Shown here piece by piece: positions 23,641-36,835 of a stretch of 64,000 bases of DNA. The first letter of the stretch is position 1; each line of letters begins with the position of its first letter. The DNA lies in contig RDEW01000001.1 in the NCBI GenBank assembly GCA_011109175.1, positions 1,750,360 to 1,814,359 on the forward strand. The letters are read 5' to 3'. Below the pieces are notes generated by a model, which did not search any database, had not been told where the DNA came from, and was given only the letters and a program-made list of their open reading frames with translations. Origin of the DNA: Dicyema japonicum. Taxonomy: Eukaryota; Animalia; Dicyemida. The position numbers and the translations under genes are program-made.

Positions 23641-26626
23641 TGAATTCAATCATTAACGCTGTATACTCAATTCCGTGTGAAAATCGTTTGTGAAAATTTT
23701 CAACGAGGTTATCCTCAAATCCGACAAAAATCACATCCCAAAAGAACATATTTTAATTATAAAAATTAATAAATGTGTTGTTAAATGTTTTTAAATTATA
23801 AAAAAATTTAGCGCACACGTGCGCTCCGCGCTTGCGACATACTATAAAATTCAAAGTGAAATCACTTATTTGATCGGAAGATGGAACAATTTCATCTTCA
23901 AAATTAACTGTCGTACAAAACCTAAAAATTACTGGGAGATCCTGATTGACATTCAGTCAACACAAAATAGTGTGGACGCAAACTACACCTCTACTAGCTC
24001 CTATAACCTAGTCCATCTACTGCACTTTAAGGATGAGAAAGGACAAGGGAGACGATGGACGCAGCATCATATAAAAATAGTTTCCCCTGCCTGAACGGAA
24101 AAGATTGCAATTCTGTCCTGTTGTTTCCCATCTTCTTTTTCCAGGCAGACCGGTTTCAAGTATGGACGTGTATCCAACAAACTCCCTAGCATGCTTTACA
24201 ATTCCGTTTTATTGCCTTGTCTTGGAAACAGTCGACAGTGCCAAGAGTCTGGCAAATCTCCGATAGAGATTCGATACGGATTGTGTTGTCTTCAACACTT
24301 TTAATCGAAAGAGCGTTGATCAAAGTGGCACTCCCCTTGCATCTTCAAAGTAGTCAGACAGGCGTGTCGGTGGTTGGTTTGATTCCTTCCATAGCATCTC
24401 ATATTTATTTTCATAAATGGATGTGTAAAAATCTCTCTACTCTGGTGGCCTGAATTCCAGATGTTCCATCTCTGTAATCTCTGATGATTCTGTGGGAGTC
24501 TAAGAATCATCGTGATCAAATGATGACTGGGGTTCAAAAATGAATGAATATGCAGAGCGGCGCTAAATCCGGTGGGGGGTGTTTCCTACATCGTTGAAGT
24601 GAAGCGTGTAAGGTTGCTTGGTACCTCATTGGTTGCCAAAATTAACGTTCGTGAAACGTTTGGTAGTGGATCGGTAAAGGGAGAAGACTGTTTGAGCGGT
24701 TGCATTTTCCAAGGAAGTAGTTTAATTTTTGCCTTGAAGCGTTTCTCAGCAAGAAAAGGTATTTTCTTTTATCATCTCCAGAACTGTAAATGTCGTTTTT
24801 TAGTTCTTCTTTCGTATTGAAAAAATCCTGTAAAGGGCGTACACGTATTTCTAGTTGATGTGCTTGGGTTTTTGGGCTTCAAAAATGATTTCTCTGAACG
24901 TGGAAAAATTCGAATTCCATTCAGTCCACGAAAATCCAAAATTGGTGACTTCACGTTTTCTATGTACTAAGAGTTCGGCAGAGGGTCTCTGACGAGGTAT
25001 TAAATTTCTCAGACAATTCGACACATTCTTTGGTTGGCGCCCATAGTGCAACTATCAAGTATAGACCTTCAAAAGTGTAGAAAAATATTCTATGACATGG
25101 ACTATTCCGAGACTAAACAGAGCAGGGCCTAGTGTTGGAGTCTAGAAGACGAGGAAATTAAGTATTAATAGTTTTTCATAGGATCTACGTACAAAAAAGT
25201 TGTATATTAAGGGCATTGTGCAAAGAAATTTTCCAAATTGCATGACGAAGTATGGCTTTGACTAGCGGGAAGGATTTTTTGCAATCTAGTTTTGACGCTA
25301 ACCAGCGGAAAACAAATCCCACAGCAATATTTCCTCCTCCTTTTATCGAATGGGTGTAGCCTGGCAGATAAGATGATGTGACGAATTGTTTCAGGGGTTG
25401 ATTAGCTTTGGGATAGCCGACAAAGCCATACGGCAGAGTTACCCTTGTTCTGAAAAAACGAGGTATTTAAGATACCCAGATGTATACCATCAAGTTATCC
25501 ATTGATGCTTGAGACAAAAAAGAGAATCTCATCTTTATACCTTCTGAAATAAGTAGATTAGATATTTCTCCTGGGAAGAGATATCCGCTGGTCGTTTAGA
25601 GACTAAGGGTTCAACGAGTGTTGTTAAAACCTAAAGATGGTTCAAACATACAAAACTCTTAAGAGTTTTCTTTGATATGACTAATTCAATCAAAACTCTC
25701 AATATTTCTTAATTTGTCTATTCAATCCCTGAAAAGACTGGCTAAGATCGTCAACCATCACCCGATAAAAGCAAGTCAAAGACACACCGCATCTCTATCA
25801 AAACCATCCGAAGACTGATATGGAACGATCTGTTGGGTGGCTAAGTAACATTGGTGTATGAGTGGAGCCGGATAGTCTAGCAGAACTACTTTCTGTACAT
25901 TTCCTCCTTAGAGAAGAGTCGAGCTCTTGGTTTCCACCACCTTACCAATTATAATTGATTCTACAAAAAAACTCTGGTGAACAACGAAGACCTATAGAAG
26001 CGTCAAACACTAGATGTTGGACGCCTGAGGACGGCTGGTTTTCTACAAAATAGCGAAGTCTGCGTTAATAACTTTAGATTAATCAAAAATGGTCCCTGCA
26101 GACTACGCATCTCATGATTAAGATTGAGATCAACAGAAGTCACTGATTCTCACGTGCTTTTAAGAGTAGCCAGACGTTCCAGCTTATAAATTACTTAATT
26201 TAAATAACTATTTATTAATTTAAACACGCGTCTACCACTAAGAAAAATTTGGTTGCGTGGCAAAGTAACGCGCCAAATGTTAGAGTTTAATTTAGAAAAT
26301 ATTTTTAGGACAAATTATCACTTTTTAATTTTCTATTTAATTAATATATTTTAAGTACTTGGCTTAACTAGGAAATTTAAAAATTTAGACGCTAAAAATT
26401 ACCGGCCCAGATAGACAGACTCATAATAAATCTGGTTTCATTTATAATTGATATATTATGTGCTCAAATCCTGCATGACAAAATGGAGACCTTGTCATAG
26501 CAACTAACTTTATTTTTATTTTAATAAATATAATTTTATTTTATTTCAATAAATAATTAATTAACACAGCCATCCGTTTGATAAATTGAAACGTTTGATA
26601 AACGAATATTTAAAAATTTACTACTC

Positions 26627-27078
26627 GGCCGCGTGGCGCCATGTGGTGCTGCGTGGTTAATTGGTTTAATTTTTCTGCTTGCTTGTCTGTTCCTCCTCTC
26701 TCTTCCTAATAGAGTGGCGTCATGTGATCCACCTGTCTAGGTGACGCCCAGTGCCAGACCGGCATGAAAAAAGATCATTTGCTCTTCCCCACTCCACTGG
26801 AGGGGTTTCCACAACTGCATGTAATGGACGTGGTGTTACGGCGATAGTTTGTCATTGGTGCTATGTGGATTGTTTGTCAAAATTATTTTCCTTCCGATGG
26901 CGTCACTGGATCCACCTTACTGAGGAGGCGCCCAATGCCTGGCCGGCATCAAGAGGATCCAACAATTCTTCCCCGGGACAACGTCGTTACCTAGTAACAA
27001 GTTATGGAACGCTAGAACGAGTCAGGATCGAGGAGTTAGTAAGTTTGGTTACTCTTGGTCTTTGGAAATAATTTTAAT
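26627..27078 (+). mobile_element. SINE-like family A, complete dimer with LINE-like tail
   Basis: Two related units (head TGG(C/T)GC(C/T)ATGTGG, pyrimidine tract, core GGCGTCA..GATCCACCT..GCGCCCA/ACGCCCA..TGCC..GGCA..GATC) with cores at 26716 and 26899. The 3' end resembles the LINE tails at 20520-20585 and 46230-46285. Confidence 0.7.
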
Positions 27079-27139
27079 AGATGAAATAAACAAAAAGGTC
27101 ATACAGCGGCGGCCCTGACTGCGTGGCTATTCCCTCTCA

Positions 27140-27250
27140 TGATTTATTAGAACCCCGGGATCACCGAAAAAGAAAGACAGAAAAAAAACTTAAGACAGTT
27201 AAGTAATCCCAGTTCCCGCAATCAATCGAGCCATCTAAGTCTGGTATTTT
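27140..27250 (-). mobile_element. LINE 3' tail fragment
   Basis: Reverse complement matches 33870-33955. Confidence 0.6.
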
Positions 27251-28269
27251 GATAAAGGTATTAAACAACATGCGCTTCACGTGGTGTATGTGGCTCACCT
27301 AAAAATGTGTCACTCATTCGGGAAAGGAACGAAAAGGGTCATCAACTTCTCCCCACTAAATGGGGTTCCCGTAACCTATGTTCCTCTGAGGATGGCAAAC
27401 GAGATAGGTCTTAAATTCAAATTAAAAGTTAGGGAGATTGAATAGCCATGAAGTTTCCTCTGACGATAGCTGTCGAGATACGCTCTCAAAGACATTCAGT
27501 CTCACGTGGATCCTTGGTGACCCTTTGGTTTATTGAACGGATTTCTAAAACCAAACTATAATAGCGATTTTGCGCCTAAAACAAACACTTTTTATGAGTG
27601 CCTTTGAGGACTGAATTATTCGGAATTAACCCCATTTGTCTAAACTTTTTTGCGGTAAGAACTTGCACATATGTTGCCCCTTTAAGACTGGCATGCTTGT
27701 CTGGACCTTAGGTCCCCAGGGACCAGATGATGGTTTTATCAATTTTGATGAAATAACGCCTGTCAAGTTGCGTGACCTTTAAAGATAATTTTCAAAACTT
27801 TCTCTTTAATCATTTCTATGTATCAATACAAGATTCCGGACATGGGGTTCAATGTGGGACAGCCCATGCGAGTAAAAAAATCAAAACTTATTTTTTTAAT
27901 CTAACACAATAAAAAAACAAGGGAAGTGAAGAACATACCTCGGTTCCCCCATCGTCGATTAGTTATGATTACTGTTCTTTGCTTAAACTAAAGTATGCGT
28001 TCTGCCCTAGGGAGCGATATCTATTATGGCTCCTCGGAGAGTGCATTGCTTTTTTGTTATGTCAGCTTCCATAGTTGACAGGCTTAGTCTCAAATCTCCT
28101 CTATTCACAATTTGTAATTTATTTCTTTTTTGTCAAAATATTGGAGACTGCAATATATCGTCTTTCATCTAGATAACTCGACCCTCACAAAATTTCTAAG
28201 AGAAAATCCTATTCTTCTTATAAATTGGCCAATTTTTAATATAAATTGGAAAAAATAAAAATTTATTAA

Positions 28270-28700
28270 CAAATGTCTTCCAATTCTTCTCGTGGACGCT
28301 ATACTCGCCTTACATTTAATGAAAAACTCAAATTGTTAATCATAAAGAAGAAAATGATGCTATTTTTTGCCAGCAATTACCTGATAGATTCTCAAACATG
28401 TTTCGAAAGACAATATCGAGAAAAACAATAAATAATTTTTTACTGACGGAAACTATTTTGAAAGATTCAAAAAATTATCAACCGTCTTTTAAAGCTCCAC
28501 AAAAAATATTTTCATCATAAAATCTTTCAAGAGTAATTTCACCAGACGCAAGATAATCTATTAACGGAATTATTGAAAACTCAAAATATTTCGGTTTACA
28601 ATTCTTAAAAAAATTTGAATTTAAAGGATACGTTCTCTTTTACAAAAATGGCTAGGGAAGACGTATCCAAGAGACGATCAGGAGTTGCTTCAGAGTTTTA
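28270..28700 (+). mobile_element. pogo-like transposase N-terminal (HTH) relic
   Basis: RGRYTRLTFNEKLK..RKTISRKTINNF psq-type HTH followed by a degenerate CENP-B HTH. Confidence 0.4.
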
Positions 28701-28974
28701 GATAAATTCTTGAAATTGATATTAATGAAGATCAGACATCAATCAGAAGATCAGATATTATCGATCCTCTCAAAGTTGAGGATTTTTGAATATTGTGTGA
28801 CATGCTGGACTAGTTACAGTCAACTGTCATATTTAACCTAAAATTTCGTACGAAAAAGAATATTTAAATTATTTTCCCGTAATTTTTTAATTTATTATTG
28901 GACAAGAATGTGTGGTCAAAGATGTTCAGTGCCCTTCATTTAATTAATAGGTTAAACATATTTTGAATACGAGA

Positions 28975-29330
28975 CAATAATGAAGGTTCTAGGTGGGGAT
29001 TCGATTCAACAGGATAAATATAAAATTGTTCAAAAATCCAAGAGTTTTGTAATTGTTAATGATCGTCTTTATCTCAAAAATGAAATCAGTCAAAAGCATA
29101 AACTTGTATGCATGGACAATGAAACCAAAATGCATACAATAGCTTATGCTTTTCATAAAAATAGTCATCCCGGAATCAATAAGTTGTTTTCACAGTCGTA
29201 TTTTGCCATTAAAAGAAATGTTGTTGAAGATTGTTGAGTATGCAGGTTTTTTATTCCTCTTAAAGGAGTGAAATTAAGAGCTTCAGGAAAATCAAAAATA
29301 ATTAAAATGTGTTGTGCAAGAAAACTTAAT
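28975..29330 (+). mobile_element. Gypsy/Ginger-type integrase zinc-binding fragment
   Basis: FVIVNDRLY..FHKNSHPGINKL..C*VC gives an H-x-H..C-x2-C pattern. Confidence 0.45.
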
Positions 29331-32300
29331 AATTTTTTTATTTTTAAACAAAATAATTTTTTTAACAATTAAACAAATGTCAGTTGAGGAAGCCTGCTGC
29401 GTGGATTGCGAACGAGTTCCCTCGGAGTATGGCCATTCCAATTTGTCTTAGCCACCCTTCTCGCTGATCTTTATTCTTTCTGGCAAGCAATCCTCCGAGT
29501 TCTGGCAAGAACTCAGCCGTCATTGGACCAACGGCTCCCGATAACAGGAGTAAATTGGTAGCGATCCCCGAGGCAAAAATATTTCTTGATTTTTAGGTTC
29601 TCCGCAGTCGAAGCAGCTGCTCCAGGTGTCTGAACCGATTTGAAAATATTCGTGCTTGAGAACGTGTCTTCACAAGTTGCGTCCCAGACCAAAGATCTTC
29701 CAGACGTGAAGAGGAAAAGGGTCATCCCGTTAGGTCTCTTCCATCTCCTCGATCAAGACCCACTGGTTCAAGCTGTGCTGGGAAGCCTGTAGCCTTCAGA
29801 GCTCTGACGATCACATCGTTCAGAGCAGCATGACGTGGTCCCCTTCCGGCGCTTCTTCTGCAGGACAGCGGGTGCAATCCCTTCGCATCGACTGTTTTCC
29901 CGCATCGGCATCGGTGCTCCTGGCAAACGTCTAGTCCCAGCCTTTGTCCGATTCCAATCCTCAAAGAATCGTCGTCCAAAAAGGTCCCGAGGTTTGGGCA
30001 AGGTATTGCACCAAGCCATGCTCCACTCCCTCACTTGAAGCTGACACCAAACAAGCCAGACGATGTTGATTTGCTTCTTTTTTAAGGTCTTCCAAAATTT
30101 TGGAGCAGACAATGTTATCCCAATTACTTTGCTTTGTTGTGTCTTCGGGGATTTTGAGTCCGGACCCGTTCCATTTCCGACAAGCTTCGTCAAATGACTC
30201 ATTCCAGCGAAGTCCAATAGTGTTATGAAGGACTTGCCGTGTCAAATGGCTGCAGCTTGAGAGAGACGATAGATATGCCGGGTACGCAACCTCCAGCGCC
30301 GATCTTAGACCGACACCCCCAAATCCAGAGGGAAGCTTACATTGTTTCCAACCAAGTTCGTCGAAGCGGACGTTAATTAGTGACTCAACAGTTTGCTTGA
30401 GAGATTTGTCTATTGAAAGTAGACTGTCGTATTGTTCGTAGCAGGGTGAACATCGGAGTAGATATAAAAGCTTGGGTAGTCCGATGTTGTTTCTCATCAG
30501 GAAGAAGATGTGTGAGAGTCAAGACATGACAATCTTTTCGCAAGGCGTGTTAATTCTTCATTTTTGAAAAGTAGATGGTTCTTGAGTTCTTCTTCGCTGA
30601 GTGGGCATCCGAGGAAATATAATTTATCAACTGGCACAGTCGGGATCCCAGGAAGCAGTTCGTTAAAAGACTCCTTGATAGAGAGGAAGTCGGTGTATGG
30701 ATATGAGACATTTATTAGCTCTGATTTGTTAACATTGATGTCCAAGCCCAAGTGTTTTAAAGCGGGTAACGCTTTACGTAATGAATTGTATGTTTCCTTG
30801 AACGATCCTCCAATTGTGGCATCATCGAGGTACCAGAGATTTAGCTGAGCATCAATTGATCACAACCTCATCAATGGTCAAGGCAAATAATAGAGGTCCG
30901 AGCGGATCTCCTTGTTGTACACCCGTTTTTGATTTAATAATTTCATTTTCAAAAACCAAAGACGTATCTTCCCCATAGGATAGATTGACAAGAGGGAAAA
31001 GCTTTGGAGCCCTCTTCCAACACGTTTTCATAATTTCGTCTCTTTCTGAGAGAATTAAAGGCATTCGTTATGTCCAACTTGATTCCAATGCATTCATTTG
31101 AAATATTTTTCTGTGTGAAGAAACGCCTTGCTGCATGAACCGCAACCTCACATCCGTTCTGGATACTAACACCCATTTGTTTAGAAAAGATCTCCTCTCC
31201 GAGTTGTCGGCTCACCATGGTCGATGTTACCTTTGCTGCAAGTCTTCTAAAATAGTTCCCGACTGCAATGGGGCAGATTCCTCCGTTGGGTTTTTTGAAA
31301 GCAAGTAGCCTTGCGGAGAAGAGCAATTCTCTGGCATATTTTGGGATGTCGCCGTTAACCATTTTTCCGATTAGGTCCGTTATTGATTTGACAAGACAGC
31401 GTCCAGCTTCCGAGGTGTAAGTGGACGTAAGGTCCTTAATATGGCCAGGACGTAACCCTTCCAAGCCTCCACCGCTGCTAGCCGCGAAGGAAGTTATTCC
31501 GTGGCGCACTTCGGATTCAGTAATGATTATCTCCTGGGTTCCTTCAGGATTCAAAAACTTTTCATAGTCAGTCGGTGCATCTGGATGCTTTAGTATTAAG
31601 GTATTTAGGACCTCGGGGGTACAAGGCAATACTGTGTCATCAGAAGTGATAACCCGTAAACTGCCCGCACGTCGCCTTCAGAAGTTTCCGATTTATTCTC
31701 CTTTAGTTTGTTGGGGGCATCTTTTGTTATGCTCCTCTGTTTCGACCTCATTGACATTAAGTGGCTGTTCAATTATTGCGTGTATGTTATGACAGCTAAA
31801 ATTCATTATGTTTCGTTTCAGTTTCCCGGATAAATTGAGTCGGGAGTTTGCTTCTTTATTATGGTCCTCAGATTCCTTTGTAGGTATTCCGAGTGCGACA
31901 GGTGCAAAGCATATAAGTTTTAGCCAGGATTCCCAACTGTCAGAGGATAGTGCGTGATCAATGGCATCTGAAAGACACGTTGCTGCGGCAATTCGTACTC
32001 CTTTAAGGATTTTTACTGGGATCTTATGGCTTTCCGGAGGTTCGAGATCTTCAAGAGAGTGTGGTCCGTATGTGGCAGTGTAAAGTTTGGCTGAGCTATT
32101 TTTTCCCGCCTGGGGGCCTCCATTCCAATACAAGAGGGTCACAGTGTCTCGGCGTAAGCTTTACTCATTTTTATGCAGCCCAAATGGACGAATGATTCAC
32201 ATTGCGTGCAGTTAATTCCAAATTTCCTGATATTCGATTGTCCACATAAGAGACATACCTGATTTGTCATTACTGGCTTTGATCCTAGTACTTCGTCTTC

Positions 32301-32345
32301 TTTTCGTTCTTTATTTTCCATCTGAGATTTTCGTTGATCACAGCA
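29330..32345 (-). mobile_element. Near full-length CRE-clade non-LTR retrotransposon (PHD, RT, CCHC, RLE), frameshifted
   Basis: PHD-like CLLC..CTQC..H..C. RT motifs LDITNAFNS, GVQQGDPLGPLLF and WYLDD. Zinc finger [17 protein letters not shown], then RHAALND, RPDG..WDAT and ILRGNS. The ORF stop is at 29380. Confidence 0.9.
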
Positions 32346-33589
32346 CACTACTAATAATTAAATATAATAAAATTATTAATTTCATTAAAACAAAAAGTCA
32401 GAATTAAACTATTTAAAATTGATTGGATGTTTTAATTTATTTTCTTTCGTTCTGAGCAATTCCTTAGCTCTCTAACTGCAATCTCTTGGTCACCATCAAT
32501 CTGATCTCCACTCGAGCATTGTTGTTCTACGGGCACAATTCCGTCATCTTCAACTTGTACTAGAGACTTTCGTTGTAGGAAATGAATGACCTCACTAACA
32601 TCACTCTTTTGAAAGTTCATCCCATGTCGGTACTCCACTAACAAGCTTTCGTTTATTTATGATAAATTTCATCACTAATGACAGGCAAAATGATTTAATG
32701 ACAATTGATGGTAACCAGTCCAGCATGTCACATTTTGAATGCACGGAAAATGAAACATTTGTTGCAAATGAAAATTCTAAAAGTAGTACCTGTAGACAAA
32801 TGGATATTTTAGTTAGATCATCTGCAATACAGAGGGAACTTTTCGCTAATTTTAAGGATAAACATCAAGTTTCTCTAAAGTACAAAGCAAGTTTTATTGA
32901 AAGAAAACAGTTATGAATTACATTTTATCTTAGTAAAACTTAAATACGTTTTTTTGTTCATTGTTATTCAAAATTATTGATTTTATTTTTTCAAATTGGC
33001 CACAAAATTCTAAGGAACCAAAAATGGCCAATCTGCGAGGGCCGAGTGTATGTTGAAGGACACACAATAAAAGTAGAATTAATTAGAATTGCACTTGATA
33101 AATGATTTATAAAACCTAATGAAAAATAACAACAAAAAAAATCAAAAGACGAAAAGATCATTCTAATTCACAACAAGCACTACCATTCGATTTTTCCGGC
33201 TTATCCTGCTCTTTCAAACCATTTCAGTCTTAGGATCAGATTCCTCGACTTGTGGATCTTCAGGCTTTCTGTCATTATTGGCCCTATATTTTGCTGGCAA
33301 TTCCTCCGCCTTGTCATTTTCCTCAATATTTTTAAAGTATTTCCTCCATACAATAATGTAGTCAACCTTCCCAATGACCGGGTCGACCTCTAAGAGTTCC
33401 AAAGATCATAAACGTGTAGTCTGTTTGGCCATCGTAACCTGATTTTGCATCTCAATGGCCAGATTCTTCTGATACTTATTCACAGCCCCATAATAAGCCA
33501 TCATTTCTGCTTCAATCAGTAAACTAACCATGATATACAGTCGACGAATCTGGCGCCGAAATCCCCGGGATCGTCATATACTTGTAAAG

Positions 33590-33960
33590 CCCTCTAGGAA
33601 TTCATATTAACACGGAAAACAATCAGTATGCTTTGCCCACGTAATGGATCAACAGTCGACCCACTACTCATGGAAGCTAAGATCCGTAGTCGTGGCTCCG
33701 GATTTCTTCGCGTCTGTGAGGAAGATGGAAATCCGCTTCGCCTGATCCTTCCCATGGCAGAGAAAACCGATTGGATAACCCCGATCGGATTCCTCTGCAA
33801 GACCGAGAGAAGGCTCTTCCGGAAAGTAGTGGGGACAATGGAAGATCACAGACGTTGAATAACACAAGTGATTGCGAGGACTGGGATCACCTAACTGTTT
33901 GACTCTTTTGTCTTTCTTTCTCGGTACTCCCGGGGTTATTAAAATAAAATAAATAAAAAA
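33590..33960 (+). mobile_element. LINE 3' end with A-rich tail
   Basis: GGGATCAC..CCCGGGGTTATTAAAATAAAATAAATAAAAAA, shared with 27140-27250. Confidence 0.5.
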
Positions 33961-34169
33961 TATTAAGAGTACATATCAGCCGTGTGATACTTCATCTTGT
34001 TAATCTGGTCGACCGTGTCAGCCACGGAAGGTTGAAGAGGCTAAAATTAGCAACTACGTGTACAGTTTTTAATCAAAATTCACAATTACGTGTACAAACA
34101 TCTTAAATAAAGTGTTTTCCTGCCTGGGAGGAGTTATAGCTAATATGGCTATTAGAATTAACGATCTAT

Positions 34170-35800
34170 TAACGAAAGAGTTAAGGATTTTTTCTGGAGG
34201 GTATTACATCTGAGTCCTACCATAAGGCTTGGACTCCACACCTGGACCCTTCCTCCTTTTTTTATTAATTTTTTTCAGGACGTTTCTCCCAGCTTCAAAT
34301 ACATGTCCTGGATATTTGATCTCCTCCTAAAACCATTGATCCGATCCTTCACAATCCTGCTAATCGGTTCTCGCTTAGACAGTCTTTCAGTTTTTTGGTT
34401 AAGGAGAGCTTAATTGCAGCTCTCCTAGTCTTCTCTATGAGGGTTAAGATCTTCTCCCTCTTTGGAGAGAAGAACAACCCCTCGCACCTATAAAGTAGGC
34501 TAGGATAATAACTCCCTTGAAGATGATCAGGTAAGTGTCACGGCTAACGCATAACTTCCGTGTACATAGGAGCGACTGAAAGGCTCTCTTTCTTCTCCCC
34601 TTTATGTCGTCCATGTAATCTCATGCGTGTCCATAATCGACCCCCAGGTAGCGCAGACTGTGTGCATTGTTTACTCCCAGTGTGTATTCTTGTTTCAGGT
34701 GCTTTTTCACATTGCTTATTCGGAGTGCGCAAGATTTTTCAGCAAAGAGCTTTAACCCTCTCATCAATGCTCAATCTGGTCAACATAATCCCGGATTCTT
34801 CCTTCAAATATAAAAGATTTTAGGTATGTGTCCTCCACGATTACGTCATCCGCATAAATAAGAAGACTAGTATTAATATTTCTCGGACGATAAAAACTCG
34901 CCATAAATATATTATACAAAATAGGGCTCAATATTTAACCTTGAGATACTCCTCTTTTGAATGATATTACATCAGATATATTTCCACTTCGCAAAAAATT
35001 GTCTTTCCTGAAGATAATTTCTTAGCCAAACAAATAGGTATCTTGGAACACATGCTGATACAAGCTGATTAACAACGCTTCATGGCATACACTGTCGAAT
35101 GCTTTCGAGATATCAAGACATAATAAGTTGATTTGTCTCTTGGAATCCTTTGCTTTCATGATTTCAGAATTCAGTAGAAAGAAACAGTCTGCACAGCCTC
35201 TTCCGGGATGAAAACCCCACTGCTCCGGAATCAGATAGTCGTTTTCTTCTATATGTTTGCTTAGCCTTTTGAAAATGATACGTTCAATCACTTTCGCGAA
35301 AGAACATATTAAGCTAATTGGTCTGTAGCTAGCCGGATCTCTCTTTGGCTTTCCTGGTTTTGGAATCATCCTCAAAACAGCTTTCTTCCATATTAAAGCA
35401 AGCAGCCAAGTCGCAAACACCCATCATTTAGACATCGCAGATAGTCAAACAAAATATCCGGACCCTCTTTGATAAGTTTCATTGATATGTGGTCATATCC
35501 TGGAGCATTGACCTTGCATTCCCTGATAGCACTGTCATCACTTCAAAGATGCTGACAGTGCTATCAGCAATAGGTAGTTCCTCGTCGGAGTGTTCAAATA
35601 TATCGGCAGACACCTTCTTTTTGTCATCAGGGATCAAACTCCACGGATCCACACCCTGAATTTTTTGGAGCTGATCCCTGACAGAATAATACAACAGGCC
35701 AGGTGGTCGGTCAGTCGTGGTTACTCACGAGTTGTACTGCAGTTCAAATCCAGAATCAGCAAAACTTTTATAAGGCAGAACGGTCATTTATGACGCCAAG
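34170..35800 (-). mobile_element. jockey/CR1-like LINE ORF2 relic
   Basis: IPKPGKP..SYRPISL, QWGFHPGRG, CLDISKAFDSV and YADD. The 3' part is near-identical to 43700-44600. Confidence 0.88.
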
Positions 35801-36069
35801 CATATTCTAAGCATCGATTAAATATTATGACTCCTCTAATCATTTTGACACCTTTGTGATCAGGAATACGTTAATAATACGGAATATTATTCTACAATTT
35901 AGTTTACAGCACTAGACTGTCAAAATATGATCAACCAAATCAATCGACATTTGGATTATATTTTTATTAATTCCTAAATCTTCATCGAATCTCTCCAAAA
36001 TCTGCTCCAGCGATGAATGTTTGACAGACCCATCCACAGTCGATCGAATTAACGCCTTAAAGGGGAGGG

Positions 36070-36330
36070 GAAGTTATTTGGACATATTCTAAGAATGGAC
36101 CAAGCAGTTCCAGTAAACAATGCTACTAAAGTTTACTTCCAGAGTCGTTGTGTAAACCTTGGACATCTTCGCTAATCTCTCCCTATTGCATTAACCAAGA
36201 TCTGGGACTGCAGGGAAAGAATTGAAAATGCAGACGACCTAGATGTCCTTGAAAAATCGCCTTCTCAGGGAGAACGTGGTGGAATCTAATATGGAAAATT
36301 GTCCGCAGTGCTCCATAAGCAATGAGGAGA
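36070..36330 (+). mobile_element. RTE-like LINE C-terminal relic
   Basis: KLFGHILRMD..LPIALTKDL. Confidence 0.55.
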
Positions 36331-36654
36331 TAACTATATTATAGTTCGTTTAGAAATATCGATCTTCTACACAAAGCCCATATGGTCCCGTCTATTTGCG
36401 AAAGAGTAAGTCAGGTTAACTTGCAAAGAATCGAAAGTTGACGAAATTCTTTGATTGTACTCCATGGTACCTGTTAGACATCAAAGGTATCTCCCACTTA
36501 GTGGTTACCAAAAGACCTCAACGGTATGGAGTTTGTTTCTCCTGATTCCCCTCATTCTTAACACAATATGTGGTATCCTCTGAATAAAAAGACCAAGTGA
36601 TGTCATTATTAATTTAATAACTCCGAAAAGAGAACACCAAGAAAGAAGTTTTTA

Positions 36655-36760
36655 TGAAGTGTGGCGTCATGTGCTTCAGCTTTTGTGGTTGCGCTCAGTG
36701 TAATAATACACCAAAAAAATCATTTGCTCTTCCCCATCCAGACTCCTTATGCCTGGATAG
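36655..36760 (+). mobile_element. SINE-like family A, degenerate core
   Basis: GTGGCGTCATGTG..CAAAAAAATCATTTGCTCTTCCCCA. Confidence 0.55.
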
Positions 36761-36835
36761 TATATCTCAAGTGATGTCATAGAATAGTGACGATGACGTA
36801 TAAGAGGATTATTGGAAGAAAAAGACATAATACTA

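Noticed and set aside
29330-32420. Spliced-leader RNA gene as the CRE target
   Set aside because: No repeated SL-like unit with donor plus Sm site could be identified in either flank.
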